A stretch of 64,000 nucleotides of DNA from Octopus bimaculoides. Taxonomy: Eukaryota. The notes beneath the pieces were generated by a model that had not been told where the DNA came from, searched no databases, and was given only the letters and a program-made list of their open reading frames with translations. How positions within the stretch are numbered: the first letter of the stretch is position 1; every line of letters begins with the position of its first letter. Location: contig NC_068993.1 of assembly GCF_001194135.2 (NCBI RefSeq), forward strand, positions 35,739,440-35,803,439. Reading direction: 5' to 3'. The translations under genes and the position numbers were made by a program. Shown here piece by piece: positions 27,533-40,463 of this stretch.

Positions 27533-27720
27533 TGAGGTGGCGAGCTGGCAGAACTGCAAGCAATCCGATAAAAATGTTTAGCGGCATTTCGTCTGTCTTT
27601 ATGTTCTGAGTTCAAATTCCGTCGAGGCCGATTTTGGCGTTCATCTCTTTCGGGATAGATAAAATAAATACCAGTTGAGCACTGATGTCGATGTAATCAC
27701 TCTTGCCACAATTTGAGATT
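27533..27720 (+). mobile_element. SINE family A copy
   Basis: gaggtggcgagctggcagaa...gttctgagttcaaattccgtcgagg...ccagttgagcactg...gatgtaatc. Confidence 0.8.
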
Positions 27721-28619
27721 AATTTTAAATGTATAAATTTTATATATATATAAATTTTAAATTGTGATCAATTTTAAATATTACAGAAATGATCTGTTAC
27801 AGTAATTATAGGAATAAATAACTTCTGAAATATGACAAAGATATCCCTTTTGAACAAAGCGATTCGCAGAGAGCTCAATAAATGTGAAATATACGATTTA
27901 AAGCAATAGTATAATTATTTCTAATTAAGCTACAAGGCCAGCAAATTTCAAGGACAGAGGCTAGTCGATTGCACAGATCTCAGAATTTGACGAATACTTC
28001 AAGAATATGAATATATTGAAATAGATATATATTCTATATCTTCTCCGGAAACTGGTAGTCAGGCATTCATAAAAATGTACGAACACGCGAACTTCATCAG
28101 CGGAAGCGAAAAAAGAACCACATGAAAATATATTGTTTATATACACTATTTTCTGTAAAATAAACAATCCGTGAGTTATCGATGGCCTTAAAAGTATAAT
28201 CTAACAATCAATATAAAACCTCAAACTTTAATTATTTTTGCATCTTTATCGTTAGTGCTTAGCTGATAAATACCATATTTGTTCTACGTAATCAGTTGTA
28301 ATTCTCTCATGATAAATTGGAGAACTTCGATCACAGTTCTGACCAATCCATATTTTTATATTCGTACAGTTATGTCATAAATAGTGCCAAACCTAAAATT
28401 TTGCAACACTGTCTTACACGTCTACGTTTTGAGATTAAATTTCACCGCACACATAAAAATATTAACCTGTTATTATTGCTTAACCTAAAGTCAGCCCTAA
28501 TTAAGTAGTCTTACGATCAGAAGGGCTCAAGTTCAGACCACCCTGTCTTTTTATACGTATCTCGACTACTATCTCGTCCAATGTGAATCAGTGAGGGAGT
28601 AAGTCCCTCCTAATGATTG

Positions 28620-28910
28620 AAATTTGGCGACCTCGGATACAACGCCCCTACCAATCCTTACCACACACTACAGTTTCGGTCTACAACTACCAGAGTCTTC
28701 TCCGTCCAGTTCCTGATGTAATTTCTCCATCTTTGTCTTTTTCTACCTGAAAGCCCATTTCCAAACATCCAACCCTGACCTGTTGGTACATGCTCCGGAC
28801 CTTCAATGTGGTCAATATATTGCAGTTTTCGCTCTCTAACCATCTTCACTAACTTTACTTCTGCTCCTACCTTCATCAAGGCTGATTCGTTCGTTCTATA
28901 GGACACCTCA
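28620..28910 (-). mobile_element. RTE-clade LINE 3' end relic
   Basis: ORF-track peptide KMVRERKLQYIDHI...GNGLSGRKRQRWRNYIRNWTEKTL matches the RTE C-terminal pattern RKLxYFGHI...GxRxRGRxRxxWxDNIKxWT. Confidence 0.7.
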
Positions 28911-29290
28911 CTGACCCAGTATATCTTCCCCTTATTTAATATATGAAAGAAAAATATCTACTATTTTTAGTACATTATTTCATCACATAAAGGGCCTGTT
29001 GTTGCTTTGTGCCGAGCTAGCAATTGTTACTTGACTTCGTGTCAGCCCTACTTGAGTAGACGTGTGATAAACGTGTTCTAATACAGAACATCACATATTT
29101 TCAGAAAACGCATCAAGAGTACTGAATTCTAATGGGTATATATTGTATCGTTGTACCAAGTGGAAAATAATCTATACTTATTGGGATGCTGGGAATCCAT
29201 AACTATTTTATCATATTTCACACATACTCATACGCGCACACAAACACACACACACACACATTCTCTCTCTTTCTCTCACACACACATACA

Positions 29291-29337
<47 letters not shown>

Positions 29338-29680
29338 GCATACATGCATTTTTCTCTCTCTCTCACACGCATACACATATACTTGCTCTATCTCTCTCAC
29401 GTACACACTTACACGCACACACACATACACATACACTTCAGTATAAATCTGCAGACTTAAGTTTATGCAAAGTGCAAATCAATATTCCCAGATTCATTCA
29501 ACAGATGGATGGACGTAAACACTTGCGTGAAGCTGTAAATTAATCTCAATTCGCTATCACTCTGCCAGATGATATTCCATTACTGCCCTATCTTAGAACT
29601 TACACTTACAACAGCAGCAGACTAAATATACAGACGGTACTTCCACAATCTGTAGAAACAATCGATATGGCATTGATGAA

Positions 29681-29786
<106 letters not shown>

Positions 29787-31510
29787 GCTATACAACTTCT
29801 TAGGTGGCGTTTATTACATAAATACAAGTTGTTAATTAAAAGAAAAGTATTTTATTTTTCTCATTATTGTTTTCGAATGGAAGGCAATATTGGCCGGATG
29901 AAGAGATTATTGAACTAGTGAAATTTTTACCTTGGAGGCATGAATCGTTATCTGCTGCAGACATTAACAATGAGTAAGAAACTCGAATATATTGGCCAAT
30001 GGCTTCTGTTGCTAATTAAAAGTCATTAGTTTAACTTAATGAATTAATATCATTATTAATCAATTGGTAGGTTACGCAGTCTCCTTTCGTTTAATACAAT
30101 CTTATCACAAAAACATATCACGGTTATTCATTGTGTCTACGACAACATACGACAGAAAGTGTAAGGGGAAATTGGAAATTTATAGCAAAAACAACAGGAA
30201 CTGAATCGATAAGCGATATGGCTTATCGAGCAAAGGGTCGATGTATCATATCCCGATGTTAATACTTCACAGTGGTATCCTTGATTAGGACACTTAATTA
30301 AATAACTCTATTGAATGAGTTTTGTGGCTTATTCATGGGTCAATGGACTTTCTGCAGGCCCCCATGACTTCTAGGAGGAAACAATTCACTATCCAAGAAT
30401 GTTGACCAGAATGTAACAGAAAGAACCGTTCTATGCTCACTCATAGAACAAGGTAGTAGAGTTAAACTGGGTAACGGATTAAGTCTACCATAGTCAGAAG
30501 CGAAAGTTCACAACTGTAAACATTAGAAACGAAGCACTGTATATTTGATGTTTATTTCATTAGTTTATAAACCTTCTCCTGACTATACATCTTATGATAT
30601 TTAGCAGGACGCTGTAAGTACACTATATAAATGATAACTATTTAACTGCTGCTCTCCACTATAACACAAAGGGGATACATGACTCGCTGACTCATAACGA
30701 ATTAATGTGAAAACATTGTGAGTTTAGTAGCACATTCTGGCACAATGTTTGCTGTGATCATGTGGTGTGTACTTACACTTCAGTGTAGTGTGACATTTCG
30801 CGCCCAGATGAGTGAATGTTTGTTGTGTGTGTGTGTTTGCGCGCATGTTTGATCACACATGTTAATATATTTGCATGCGCGTGTATCATCACACGCGTTA
30901 ATGAATTTCTGTGTAAATGTTAGTGTATCATCACGCATATTAATGTATTATTGTATGCGTTTGCGTGCGTGTCGGTGTGTCTGTCTGTCTGTATGTATGT
31001 ATGTATGTATGTTTGTGTGCGTACCTGTGTGTATGTGTGCGTATCATCACAGGTGTTTATATATTTGTAAGTTGAATTCCACTCTAAATTATATTTATCC
31101 ATTTAGTGCTGCAGTAATTAACTAAGCCCATTCTAACTATGTAACAGAAAGCTATCAGCTAAAGGCCGAGATTGCTACATCGCCGCAGCAATAAAATAAA
31201 TTACAATCTAGTAGTCTTGATTTCGAAATTAATGAAAATGCACTCTGCTGTATAGCTCTTGAAATAATGATACAGAGCGGTTATTAAACCTTTGGCGTTG
31301 CGTTAAAATATAAACACAAAAACTCAATCAATAGTATCAAAAACTGAGATGCATTAATTCTTGAAATATAGATATTAATATATATAAATCTAAGCACGAA
31401 GCAGAACAGCAAAACATCACGATTTAGATTTTGTGCCTCATGAATCTCGATTTATTGCGTTAAACATCTTGTATCATTCCATTAGCTGGTAACATATTTG
31501 GAAGAGAAGA

Positions 31511-31611
<101 letters not shown>

Positions 31612-31984
31612 GGCTAATGTCGGCTTTCGGGGCGTCATTTATTCTTTGTGGCTAAAAATCTATAAACACTTTAGAATTTCGTGTATTAGTATTAATTACC
31701 AATATAAATAATAGATATAAGTTGTTCAATACATTACAGCTCTTAGTTACGAACGAGCGAATTGTAGCTATTAGACAACATGGAGCGTGATTATTTTAGC
31801 TGCCTATGTAGTCATGAGGAGACATTGACAACGTTTAAAATGGCTGCAAGAGATACACAATTTTCCGGTCCAAGGCAAAAGGACGTTATTAACCTACATC
31901 AATTCAATATTTCTGAAATCATTTACTTGTTTCAGACATTAGATCGTGACCATGCTGGGGCAACGCCACGAAGAATCTTAATCA

Positions 31985-32144
31985 AACTTATCGATCCCAG
32001 TATTTATCCATTTTTTTATAAAGCATGGTACTTATTCGAACCGCTAAGTTACGGGGACGTAAACACAGTAACACTGGTTGTCAAGCGGTGTTGGAGCACA
32101 CACACACATACGCACATGTACATAGACACACACACACACGCACG

Positions 32145-32176
<32 letters not shown>

Positions 32177-32343
32177 CGTACGACGGGCTTCTTTCAGTTT
32201 CGGTCTACTAAATCCACTCACAAGGCTTTGGCTGACCCGAGGCTATAGTAGAAGACACTTTCCCAAGGTGTCACACAGTGGGACAGAACCCAGAACCATG
32301 CGGCTGGTAAGTAAACTGCTTACCACACAGCCACTCCTGCGCC
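31985..32343 (-). mobile_element. SINE family B copy
   Basis: cgaaccgctaagttacggggacgtaaacac...ggctatagtagaagacactttcccaaggtgtcacacagtgggac...accacacagcc. Confidence 0.85.
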
Positions 32344-32380
<37 letters not shown>

Positions 32381-32436
32381 AGGATACCCATAAAATCTGT
32401 TTACAATNNNNNNNNNNATATATATATATATATTTA

Positions 32437-33712
32437 CAGGATACCCATAAAATCTGTTTACAATTTCAAAAATTTATTACAAAAGCAAATAAATAGATAA
32501 ATCTGTGAAAATTATTAGATGAGGAGTAGATATTGAAGTATTTTGCTTCATTTAAAATATCTCAATATGGGCACCATTAGTTGCACGAAGCACATCAAGA
32601 CGGTAATCAATTTCTTGCCGTGTTCGCTGTAGCATAGACTTATCAATAGAGGCTATGGAATTCAGAGATACTTTGCTTCAAGTCATTGATGTTCTGTATC
32701 TTTGTTGGATACACAATGTCTCTAACATAACCCCATAGAAAAATGTCCTGGGGAGTGATACCCGGGGAACGAGGTGGCCAGGGAATTGATGCATCCCTTC
32801 CAATCCACCAGTCTGGAAATGTTTGATTTAGGAACCCATGAACATGCAGTTCTCAATGTGGTGGTTCACCTTCCTGCTGGAAAATGATGGTTGACTGAAG
32901 GTCATCTAGTTGTGGTGTCCCATATTCAGTCAAAAGTTCAAATTTAGCATTGCCAGAAATTTATCTCTCCGTGAAGAAAAATGGACATCATCCAACACCA
33001 GACATTCACCTTTGGATTTTCTCACTGAAGTTCCCTAGTTACATAGAGGTGGTCTCATCCCAAGATTCTCACATTATGTGTGTTCAGTTTCCCTGAAACT
33101 TGTAAGGTTGCCTCATCACTAAAAGAAACTTGGGTGAGGAAACGCTGAATATACAGAATTCCGTTCCAGTATGTTAACTGCAAACTCTTTTCGTTTTGAT
33201 TTGTCATTTGGTTCGAGTGCCTCTAAGAGTTGTACTTTGTAAGAGGACATTGTGCACTATTGAACATGGTAACTTTAACTGTCTGGCAGAAGTATGTATG
33301 GACTTTGTAGGAGAACTAGCAAAGGCTTGTCTTATACGATCGGTGTTTCCTCAGATAATTTTGGGCGTCCACACCTATCTTTATCCAGCAATGTTCCTCT
33401 TTCCATAAATTTCTTGTGCCATGCAAGAATTCACGGACTTGACGCTGGATGTATTCCATACTTAATCCTGTAGTATCGCTGGGTCTGCATATCCGATTTT
33501 GTTTCAATAAATCAGGATACACATTGTGCCTTTTCTTGATGAGTAGCCATTTTTTAAGGTTTCATTTAACAAAACTATTTCCATCGTTAGGGTACCTGAA
33601 AAACACATATACAATGTGGTTAAAAGCTCTAATAACCACTGGGTACATAGAACAAATCTGATAAACGTATCCCATCAATTGCATTTGTAATAAATTTTTG
33701 AAATTGTAAAGA
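32437..33712 (-). mobile_element. Near full-length decayed Tc1/mariner DNA transposon (HTH/DUF4817 plus DDE/DDD transposase pseudogene at about 32552-33550)
   Basis: Minus-strand conceptual translation, with stops and frameshifts: MATHQEKAQCV...WHKKFMERGTLLDK..GRPKLSEE...SFSDEATLQVSGKLNTHNVRI...FQQEGEPPH...FLNQTFPDWWIGRDASIPWPPRSPGITPQDIFLWGYVRDIVY...EIDYRLDVLRATNGAHIEIF*. One end is TA-CAGGATACCCATAAAA... at 32435-32452. Its subterminal part (ttacaatttcaaaaatttattacaaaagc) recurs inverted at about 33681-33710. Confidence 0.9.
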
Positions 33713-34062
33713 GTTGATGAAGAAAGCGGAAGATGGATTTAGTACGAATCTTTATCGTTTCTCCCCATCCTGCATCTGTCCAATAGCGTATCTGTCCAAT
33801 CAGTGCAGACTGTGTCACTACAGATACTTGGTGTAGGACAATATATCCCACTAGGTATACTGAGACCTCCTTCATATGTAGGATAACTTTGGGGTCGTAC
33901 CTGTGAATGTGTAGCATACGTTTGGGGTTGTAACGCTGAATGTACTTTAATCGACGTGCTAATAGACATACACTCCAAATCCAAGTAGTTATATATATAC
34001 AAAACAGGTCAAGTTTCTTTCATTTTCCATCAACCAAATTCACTCATAAAGTTTTAACACTT

Positions 34063-34143
34063 ACCCAAGGTGCCATGAAGTGGGACTGAACCAGGAACCA
34101 TGTTGTTGGAAGGCAAACGTTGCACCATACAGCCACGCCTACG
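34063..34143 (-). mobile_element. SINE family B head fragment
   Basis: cacttacccaaggtgccatgaagtgggactgaaccaggaaccatg...ccatacagccacgcc. Confidence 0.75.
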
Positions 34144-35436
34144 GCTGTAGAAATATCATTTTAACATTAAACGGGGGAAATGTTATTAGATGACGTATTC
34201 CTAGAAATATTATATATTTGAAATGCTTTCGACCTAAGATTTGATTGTTCAAGGCTGACTTGAGATTAAATTACTTGAGCAACCTGGTAGACACAACTTT
34301 AATAAAGTGTCATGAGATATGAGAATATACATAATCAACTACAAAGATTAACGATAAGGATCGACTATAAGGTTATTTGTGGTTAGACTGCGTTCGATTA
34401 GCTTAAATAGCTAAGATCAAAGTCTTCCTTGAGTAGAACCTGATAATAATTGCAACCTAGTTCCATACCCTTCATTCGACTATTTAAGTACACTAAACGA
34501 CGATGTATTCTTAAAATTATCCTCTACAATTTAACGGGATACTAGAAATCACTGTCAATATCTCACATTGTCAGTTCCCATGCCTGCAACAGACCGATAT
34601 TCTTATCGAATGAACGAAAGCAACTGCTTCTAAAATTGCTTTGGCATCTAATAACCTGGGATAAATTTAATCTTGTAAGCCGACACCTACCGGTAAATGC
34701 AAGATATAAAACGGAAAACCAACATATTGTGTATGGTTGATTTCTTTTTCGTTATTTCCACTCTATATTCCATTTTAATCAATTTGTTGAAATATATTAT
34801 GCATTTTGGCTTTTTCGGAAACTACGGATGTAATGCCAGACAGTTCTAAGCGCCATTTTCAGAGACTTGACAGTTCTTAAAATAATGATTTCTAACACAG
34901 ATACAGGGCATATTTTTTTTTTTTTTTTTGTGAGGGGAAATTTATTTCTTTAAATTTCCCCCCGGTACTTGAATGAGATTTTTTTTATCGCCCAGGAACA
35001 TTAAAAGTAAATTTTCTTTTGCACAAAGATATAGAACCAAATGTTTTTTCTAGAGAAGTGTAATCGATTACTTGAACACCGGTATTAGATTTGTAGTATA
35101 TATACACAGAGCGATCATAAAGTCTAGNNNNNNNNNNNNNNNNNNNNNNNNNNNNNNNNNNNNNNNNNNNNNNNNNNNNNNNNNNNNNNNNNNNNNNNNN
35201 NNNNNNNNNNNNNNNNNNNNNNNNNNNNNNNNNNNNNNNNNNNNNNNNNNNNNNNNNNNNNNNNNNNNNNNNNNNNNNNNNNNNNNNNNNNNNNNNNNNN
35301 NNNNNNNNNNNNNNNNNNNNNNNNNNNNNNNNNNNNNNNNNNNNNNNNNNNNNNNNNNNNNNNNNNNNNNNNNNNNNNNNNNNNNNNNNNNNNNNNNNNN
35401 NNNNNNNNNNNNTATATATACATATTTATATATGTA

Positions 35437-35542
<106 letters not shown>

Positions 35543-35699
35543 ATGACGTAATGCATTAGACATATACAATAAGTCCCAGGCTGGCTTACCGCTCAAACTC
35601 TAACTTCAACTACGACTATAACAAACGTAGTGTTGTAGAGGCCTAGCAATGAATGGTTATAAACGGTTCATCATTGGGCGGATAGATATCTGTTAGGAA

Positions 35700-36931
35700 T
35701 GAATAATGAACAGGCAAAATGTATGGTGTCACTGTTGAGTGGTGGTTCGTAACCTGTTTTGTAGCGCTCTTTTTTAAGTACTTGTTATCACAAGCGCCCA
35801 ACTAGGTGGCAAGTGAGATATCACGACTAAACTAACTTAACATAGACGATAGTGTAAAAATTTTACTCAAAACATGGATTGCATAAGCTTTAAACAGTGA
35901 TACGATATAAAATGTATGCAAAGTTGTAATTTTACTTTCTACATAGCAAATTAAAAACTTCTCTGTGCCTGCTGAGGTCTAGCTAAGTTTTCTATATCAG
36001 GTTCAATGTTAGCCAAAGAAAGCCGTGATTTCCTCTTTAACTTATTGTAAAGAGTCATTGTAACGTAAAGTTCACTGTGAAAAATTTTCTTCGTTTTTTA
36101 AAACATCGCATAGTTTACTTGCCACATCTTTCGCCCTATCATCTACTATTGCTGCTACTGTATTATTACTGAGAGGAATTGACGTTCTTATAGCATTTGG
36201 TCAAATCGTAGTATCCAAATCTTCACTTATAGCCGGCAAGGAAAGAGTTTTGGAAAGAGTATGTGGTTTCCAAATTTCACAATTAATTTTGCAAGTTTAC
36301 AAGACATAACTAACCCCTTCTCTATTTACCTGGCTTGTTTGGTAAATAACCCCTTGAGAGTAAGACAATTTTTAAAATCATTTTTCATCTGGTGAAAGTA
36401 GTCCTCATCTTCTCCGGCTTTATGTTGATGCATTTTTTGTAAATGTTCAATCATTCTTAAAGGTCTCATTAATACATTTTTCACATAGTGACAATTGCTC
36501 ATTATTTATGGATGAAATGAATCCATATTTCAAATATTCACTTGAGTATTGTCAGCACTATCCTTTTCCGCTCGTTCTAAAAAAATTTAAGATAACGTAC
36601 ACAACAATTGCATGTAGTTATATCAATAAACAAAACATAATGAAGATCACAATATACGAAGAAAACAAGAAAGTCTTCGCATCTAAAAAACGCTATTCAA
36701 GACAGATATATAGCCTTAAAAATTAATTATTCTTATTCAAACATTCTTTAGCCACGATTTATACTTACGTCACATATTAATTTAATAACTATTATTAGTT
36801 TTATCATTTATGGTATAATTACTAGTGTAGTTAAAATTTAGTATGTTAATTATGTTACCTCACCGCCCAATAATGCCCAATTCGATATGACCACCTTGGG
36901 GGCGGTACCTCCCACGTTACGAACCTCTGTT
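35700..36931 (-). mobile_element. hAT (Charlie/ZBED5/FAM200-type) transposon relic
   Basis: Minus strand at about 36070-36180 reads RTSIPLSNNTVAAIVDDRAKDVASKLCDVLKN (the IPLSNNTV motif). A terminal sequence gggggcggtacctcccacgttacgaacctctg ending at about 36931 resembles hAT TIR ends (...GAACCACTG). The left boundary is uncertain. Confidence 0.72.
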
Positions 36932-37048
36932 CTGGAGCATCGAATTTAAGAGCTCTACAATTATGTTTAAATTATAAATTCTATCCTTCAAAACGATACC
37001 ACAAGTTTTGCATGCTCATTCTTTCTTTCTAAGATATATATACATACT

Positions 37049-37130
<82 letters not shown>

Positions 37131-37190
37131 CAGACAGACACATAAATATATATCAGAAATCCATTACTCAATTTTGAGCGCTGAACATGC

Positions 37191-37191
<1 letters not shown>

Positions 37192-37256
<65 letters not shown>

Positions 37257-37278
37257 CAACAGCAGCAGCAGCAGCAAC

Positions 37279-37331
<53 letters not shown>
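37192..37331. repeat. (AGT)n with embedded (AGC)n compound trinucleotide repeat, running into a gap
   Basis: Directly visible; explains the poly-S/V/T/L ORFs. Confidence 0.95.
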
Positions 37332-38764
37332 NNNNNNNNNNNNNNNNNNNNNNNNNNNNNNNNNNNNNNNNNNNNNNNNNNNNNNNNNNNNNNNNNNNNN
37401 NNNNNNNNNNNNNNNNNNNNNNNNNNNNNNNNNNNNNNNNNNNNNNNNNNNNNNNNNNNNNNNNNNNNNNNNNNNNNNNNNNNNNNNNNNNNNNNNNNNN
37501 NNNNNNNNNNNNNNNNNNNNNNNNNNNNNNNNNNNNNNNNNNNNNNNNNNNNNNNNNNNNNNNNNNNNNNNNNNNNNNNNNNNNNNNNNNNNNNNNNNNN
37601 NNNNNNNNNNNNNNNNNNNNNNNNNNNNNNNNNNNNNNNNNNNNNNNNNNNNNNNNNNNNNNNNNNNNNNNNNNNNNNNNNNNNNNNNNNNNNNNNNNNN
37701 NNNNNNNNNNNNNNNNNNNNNNNNNNNNNNNNNNNNNNNNNNNNNNNNNNNNNNNNNNNNNNNNNNNNNNNNNNNNNNNNNNNNNNNNNNNNNNNNNNNN
37801 NNNNNNNNNNNNNNNNNNNNNNNNNNNNNNNNNNNNNNNNNNNNNNNNNNNNNNNNNNNNNNNNNNNNNNNNNNNNNNNNNNNNNNNNNNNNNNNNNNNN
37901 NNNNNNNNNNNNNNNNNNNNNNNNNNNNNNNNNNNNNNNNNNNNNNNNNNNNNNNNNNNNNTATATATATATATATATGCGCTCTCATTTTTCATTTAAG
38001 TAAGATCTGATATATTAAAAAATAAAAGGTGTCTGACATCTGGTATTTTGTGTTCGACTTTCTAATACGTATAACGTTCACCCCAAATTATTCTGTGTTA
38101 ACATTTTCGATTTTTGTTGGTTTTTTTTGTTGTTGTTTTTTTACTCGTTCAATTCAAAGGCTAATCCTCCGGCCGTCTGGGGAAAGTTATTTCAAAGTAG
38201 CGCTAGGTATTGTTGTTGTTGTTTAACCAGAAGTCCTATAACGAGATTAAAAGCTAGCATGAAAGGCATGTCTCTGTGTACGGTATATATACGAGTACCG
38301 GATGTATGTATATGTGTGTGTATGTGCGTATGTGTGCGCACACACGTGCGTGTGTATGAAAGAGGGAGAGAGAGATCATTTTGTGAAAGCCAAGAGTGGA
38401 TATCTTGTTGGTGACCTTCTTCACCAGATACTGCGTCAAATTTTTGACTAAAATTTAAACAATATCAAAGCTATGCAGGTGAGGGACCATTGTGGAAATG
38501 ATATCCAACCTGTTACAAGCACGTCTCCAGTGAAATAGTGATTTTGTTCGACGTCCAGTCGACGAACATCATAGATAGATAGATAGATAGATACACACGC
38601 ACGAAGTTTACAAGTGTATATATATATATGAAAAAGTGAAAAAATATATAGTAAATAAACAAACGACACAACGTGTACGGAGTGCACAACCGCACGGGAG
38701 ATAGATAGAGGTCCCGAATTCTTTATTAGTTATCAGCTAAATGGTAATACTCAGTTTCGCACCA

Positions 38765-39555
38765 TTAATGATAAGACTAAGAACGTTCCATGCTGACGGT
38801 GCCCGCGCAAGTTGAGGAGAATATAGGGCTGAGAGCAAACAAAACAAAAGAAAACAATACAGAGTGGACATACGAAAGTGAATAAATGCGATTTAAGACG
38901 ATGGACAAAGACGAAATAAATAAGAAACGAGCAAAATATAGCCTCAGGGCTAAACAGACAGGAATGATAGGTGACGCTTAGAAGGAGAGAAAACAGTGAG
39001 ACAGAGATTTTCTTACCGGTCAGCGACGCAACCGGTGTGAAAAAAAGAAGAGAAAGACAGGAAAGCTGGCTACAGGTCACGTTACAGCAGCAGCCAGAGT
39101 ATAAAGAGGGTAAGAGAGGGAGTGAGAGAGGTAGAGAGCGCGGCTGAGAGAAAACAGGCGAATAGATGAAGAGGAAGAACGGAGAAAGGCTAGGAATACA
39201 AGAGGGCGACAGAGAAAAAAAGGAAAGTGGAAAGGCTAGAAATAGAAGTAAGAGGACGAGTGAAAGAAAAGGGAAAAGAGGGAAGGCAAGAAATAGAATC
39301 GGATATATATATAAAATTTACTGTTAATACAAGTCAGGGTGCGTTGCATTCCATTATTTAACAGTATCGCATTCCGTTACTTAACAGCCTTAATGATAAG
39401 ACTGAGATCTTCACATGCTGGCGGTGCCCGCGAAAGTTGCAGAGAATATAGGGCCGAGAGCACTGTATTGTATTGTTTTGTATTGTTTTGTTTTGTTTGC
39501 CCTCGGCCCTATCTTCTCCGGAACTTTCGCGGGCACCGCACTATGGGAAGTTCCA
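38765..39555. mobile_element. Unclassified element with mixed direct and inverted terminal repeats (A-B ... A-B'-A')
   Basis: A at 38765-38837 recurs directly at 39390-39462. A-B (38780-38865) recurs inverted at about 39463-39555. A 42-bp hairpin forms between 39421-39462 and 39498-39539 (38/42 matches). Confidence 0.6.
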
Positions 39556-39831
39556 GTCCACTTAGTTGACAGTAATCCTGCCACGGACCGAAGTCCAATC
39601 CAGGTGGGGAATATATACGCCACGGAAACCGGGAAAACGTTCGTAGGAGACTTTATGACTCAGAANNNNNNNNNNNNNNNNNNNNNNNNNNNNNNNNNNN
39701 NNNNNNNNNNNNNNNNNNNNNNNNNNNNNNNNNNNNNNNNNNNNNNNNNNNNNNNNNNNNNNNNNNNNNNNNNNNNNNNNNNNNNNNNNNNNNNNNNNNN
39801 NNNNNNNNNNNNNNNNNNNNNNNNNNNNNNN

Positions 39832-39864
<33 letters not shown>

Positions 39865-40405
39865 GGGGATTATGTGTGTTTGTGTGTGTATGTAGTGTAT
39901 ATTTTACTCATCTATGACATAGTGTTTTACCCATGATTTTCGTCACATATTTCTACGCATAGGGTAGGAGATAAAATGTACACTTATGTTCAGACTTATA
40001 TTGTTTACTATTTACAGAGATTTTGCGAATTATTAACTGTCACATGGACGAACAATATTTGTGACGAATGAAAAGAAAACTAGCAGAAATCTTCGATCTG
40101 CTGGTATTCGGATCTGCCACATTAAATATCAATGTATTCATTCAGAATAAGGCACTGACATTTGCGTGCAAACTGTCTTAAGCATCGACGAAAATCAGAT
40201 TAACCATGTAGATTCTCTTATTCTTGGTATTGGTTTGGTCTGAGTTTTATCACACTACCTATGAAAAAAACGTTTCTTTTGTGAGGGTAGATGGGGTTTA
40301 TTTTCTTGTGACATTTGAAATTTTTTAAAATCGTTTTTGTTCTCAGCTACAAAGAACGTATCTTGAAAATCTACTGAGAAAAGAAAGTGCCTTGCCAATG
40401 AAAAC

Positions 40406-40407
<2 letters not shown>

Positions 40408-40459
<52 letters not shown>
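40408..40459. repeat. (AAT)n microsatellite
   Basis: Directly visible. Confidence 0.95.

Positions 40460-40463
<4 letters not shown>

Noticed and set aside
27961-28157. Strong minus-strand acceptor (tttattttacag) with a phase-0 open frame KIVYINNIF...
   Set aside because: The peptide shows no iGluR ATD similarity and runs to a stop without a good donor.
32378-32463. Direct duplication of caggatacccataaaatctgtttacaat on both sides of a 10-N gap
   Set aside because: Classic contig-overlap artefact at a nominal gap, not a biological duplication.
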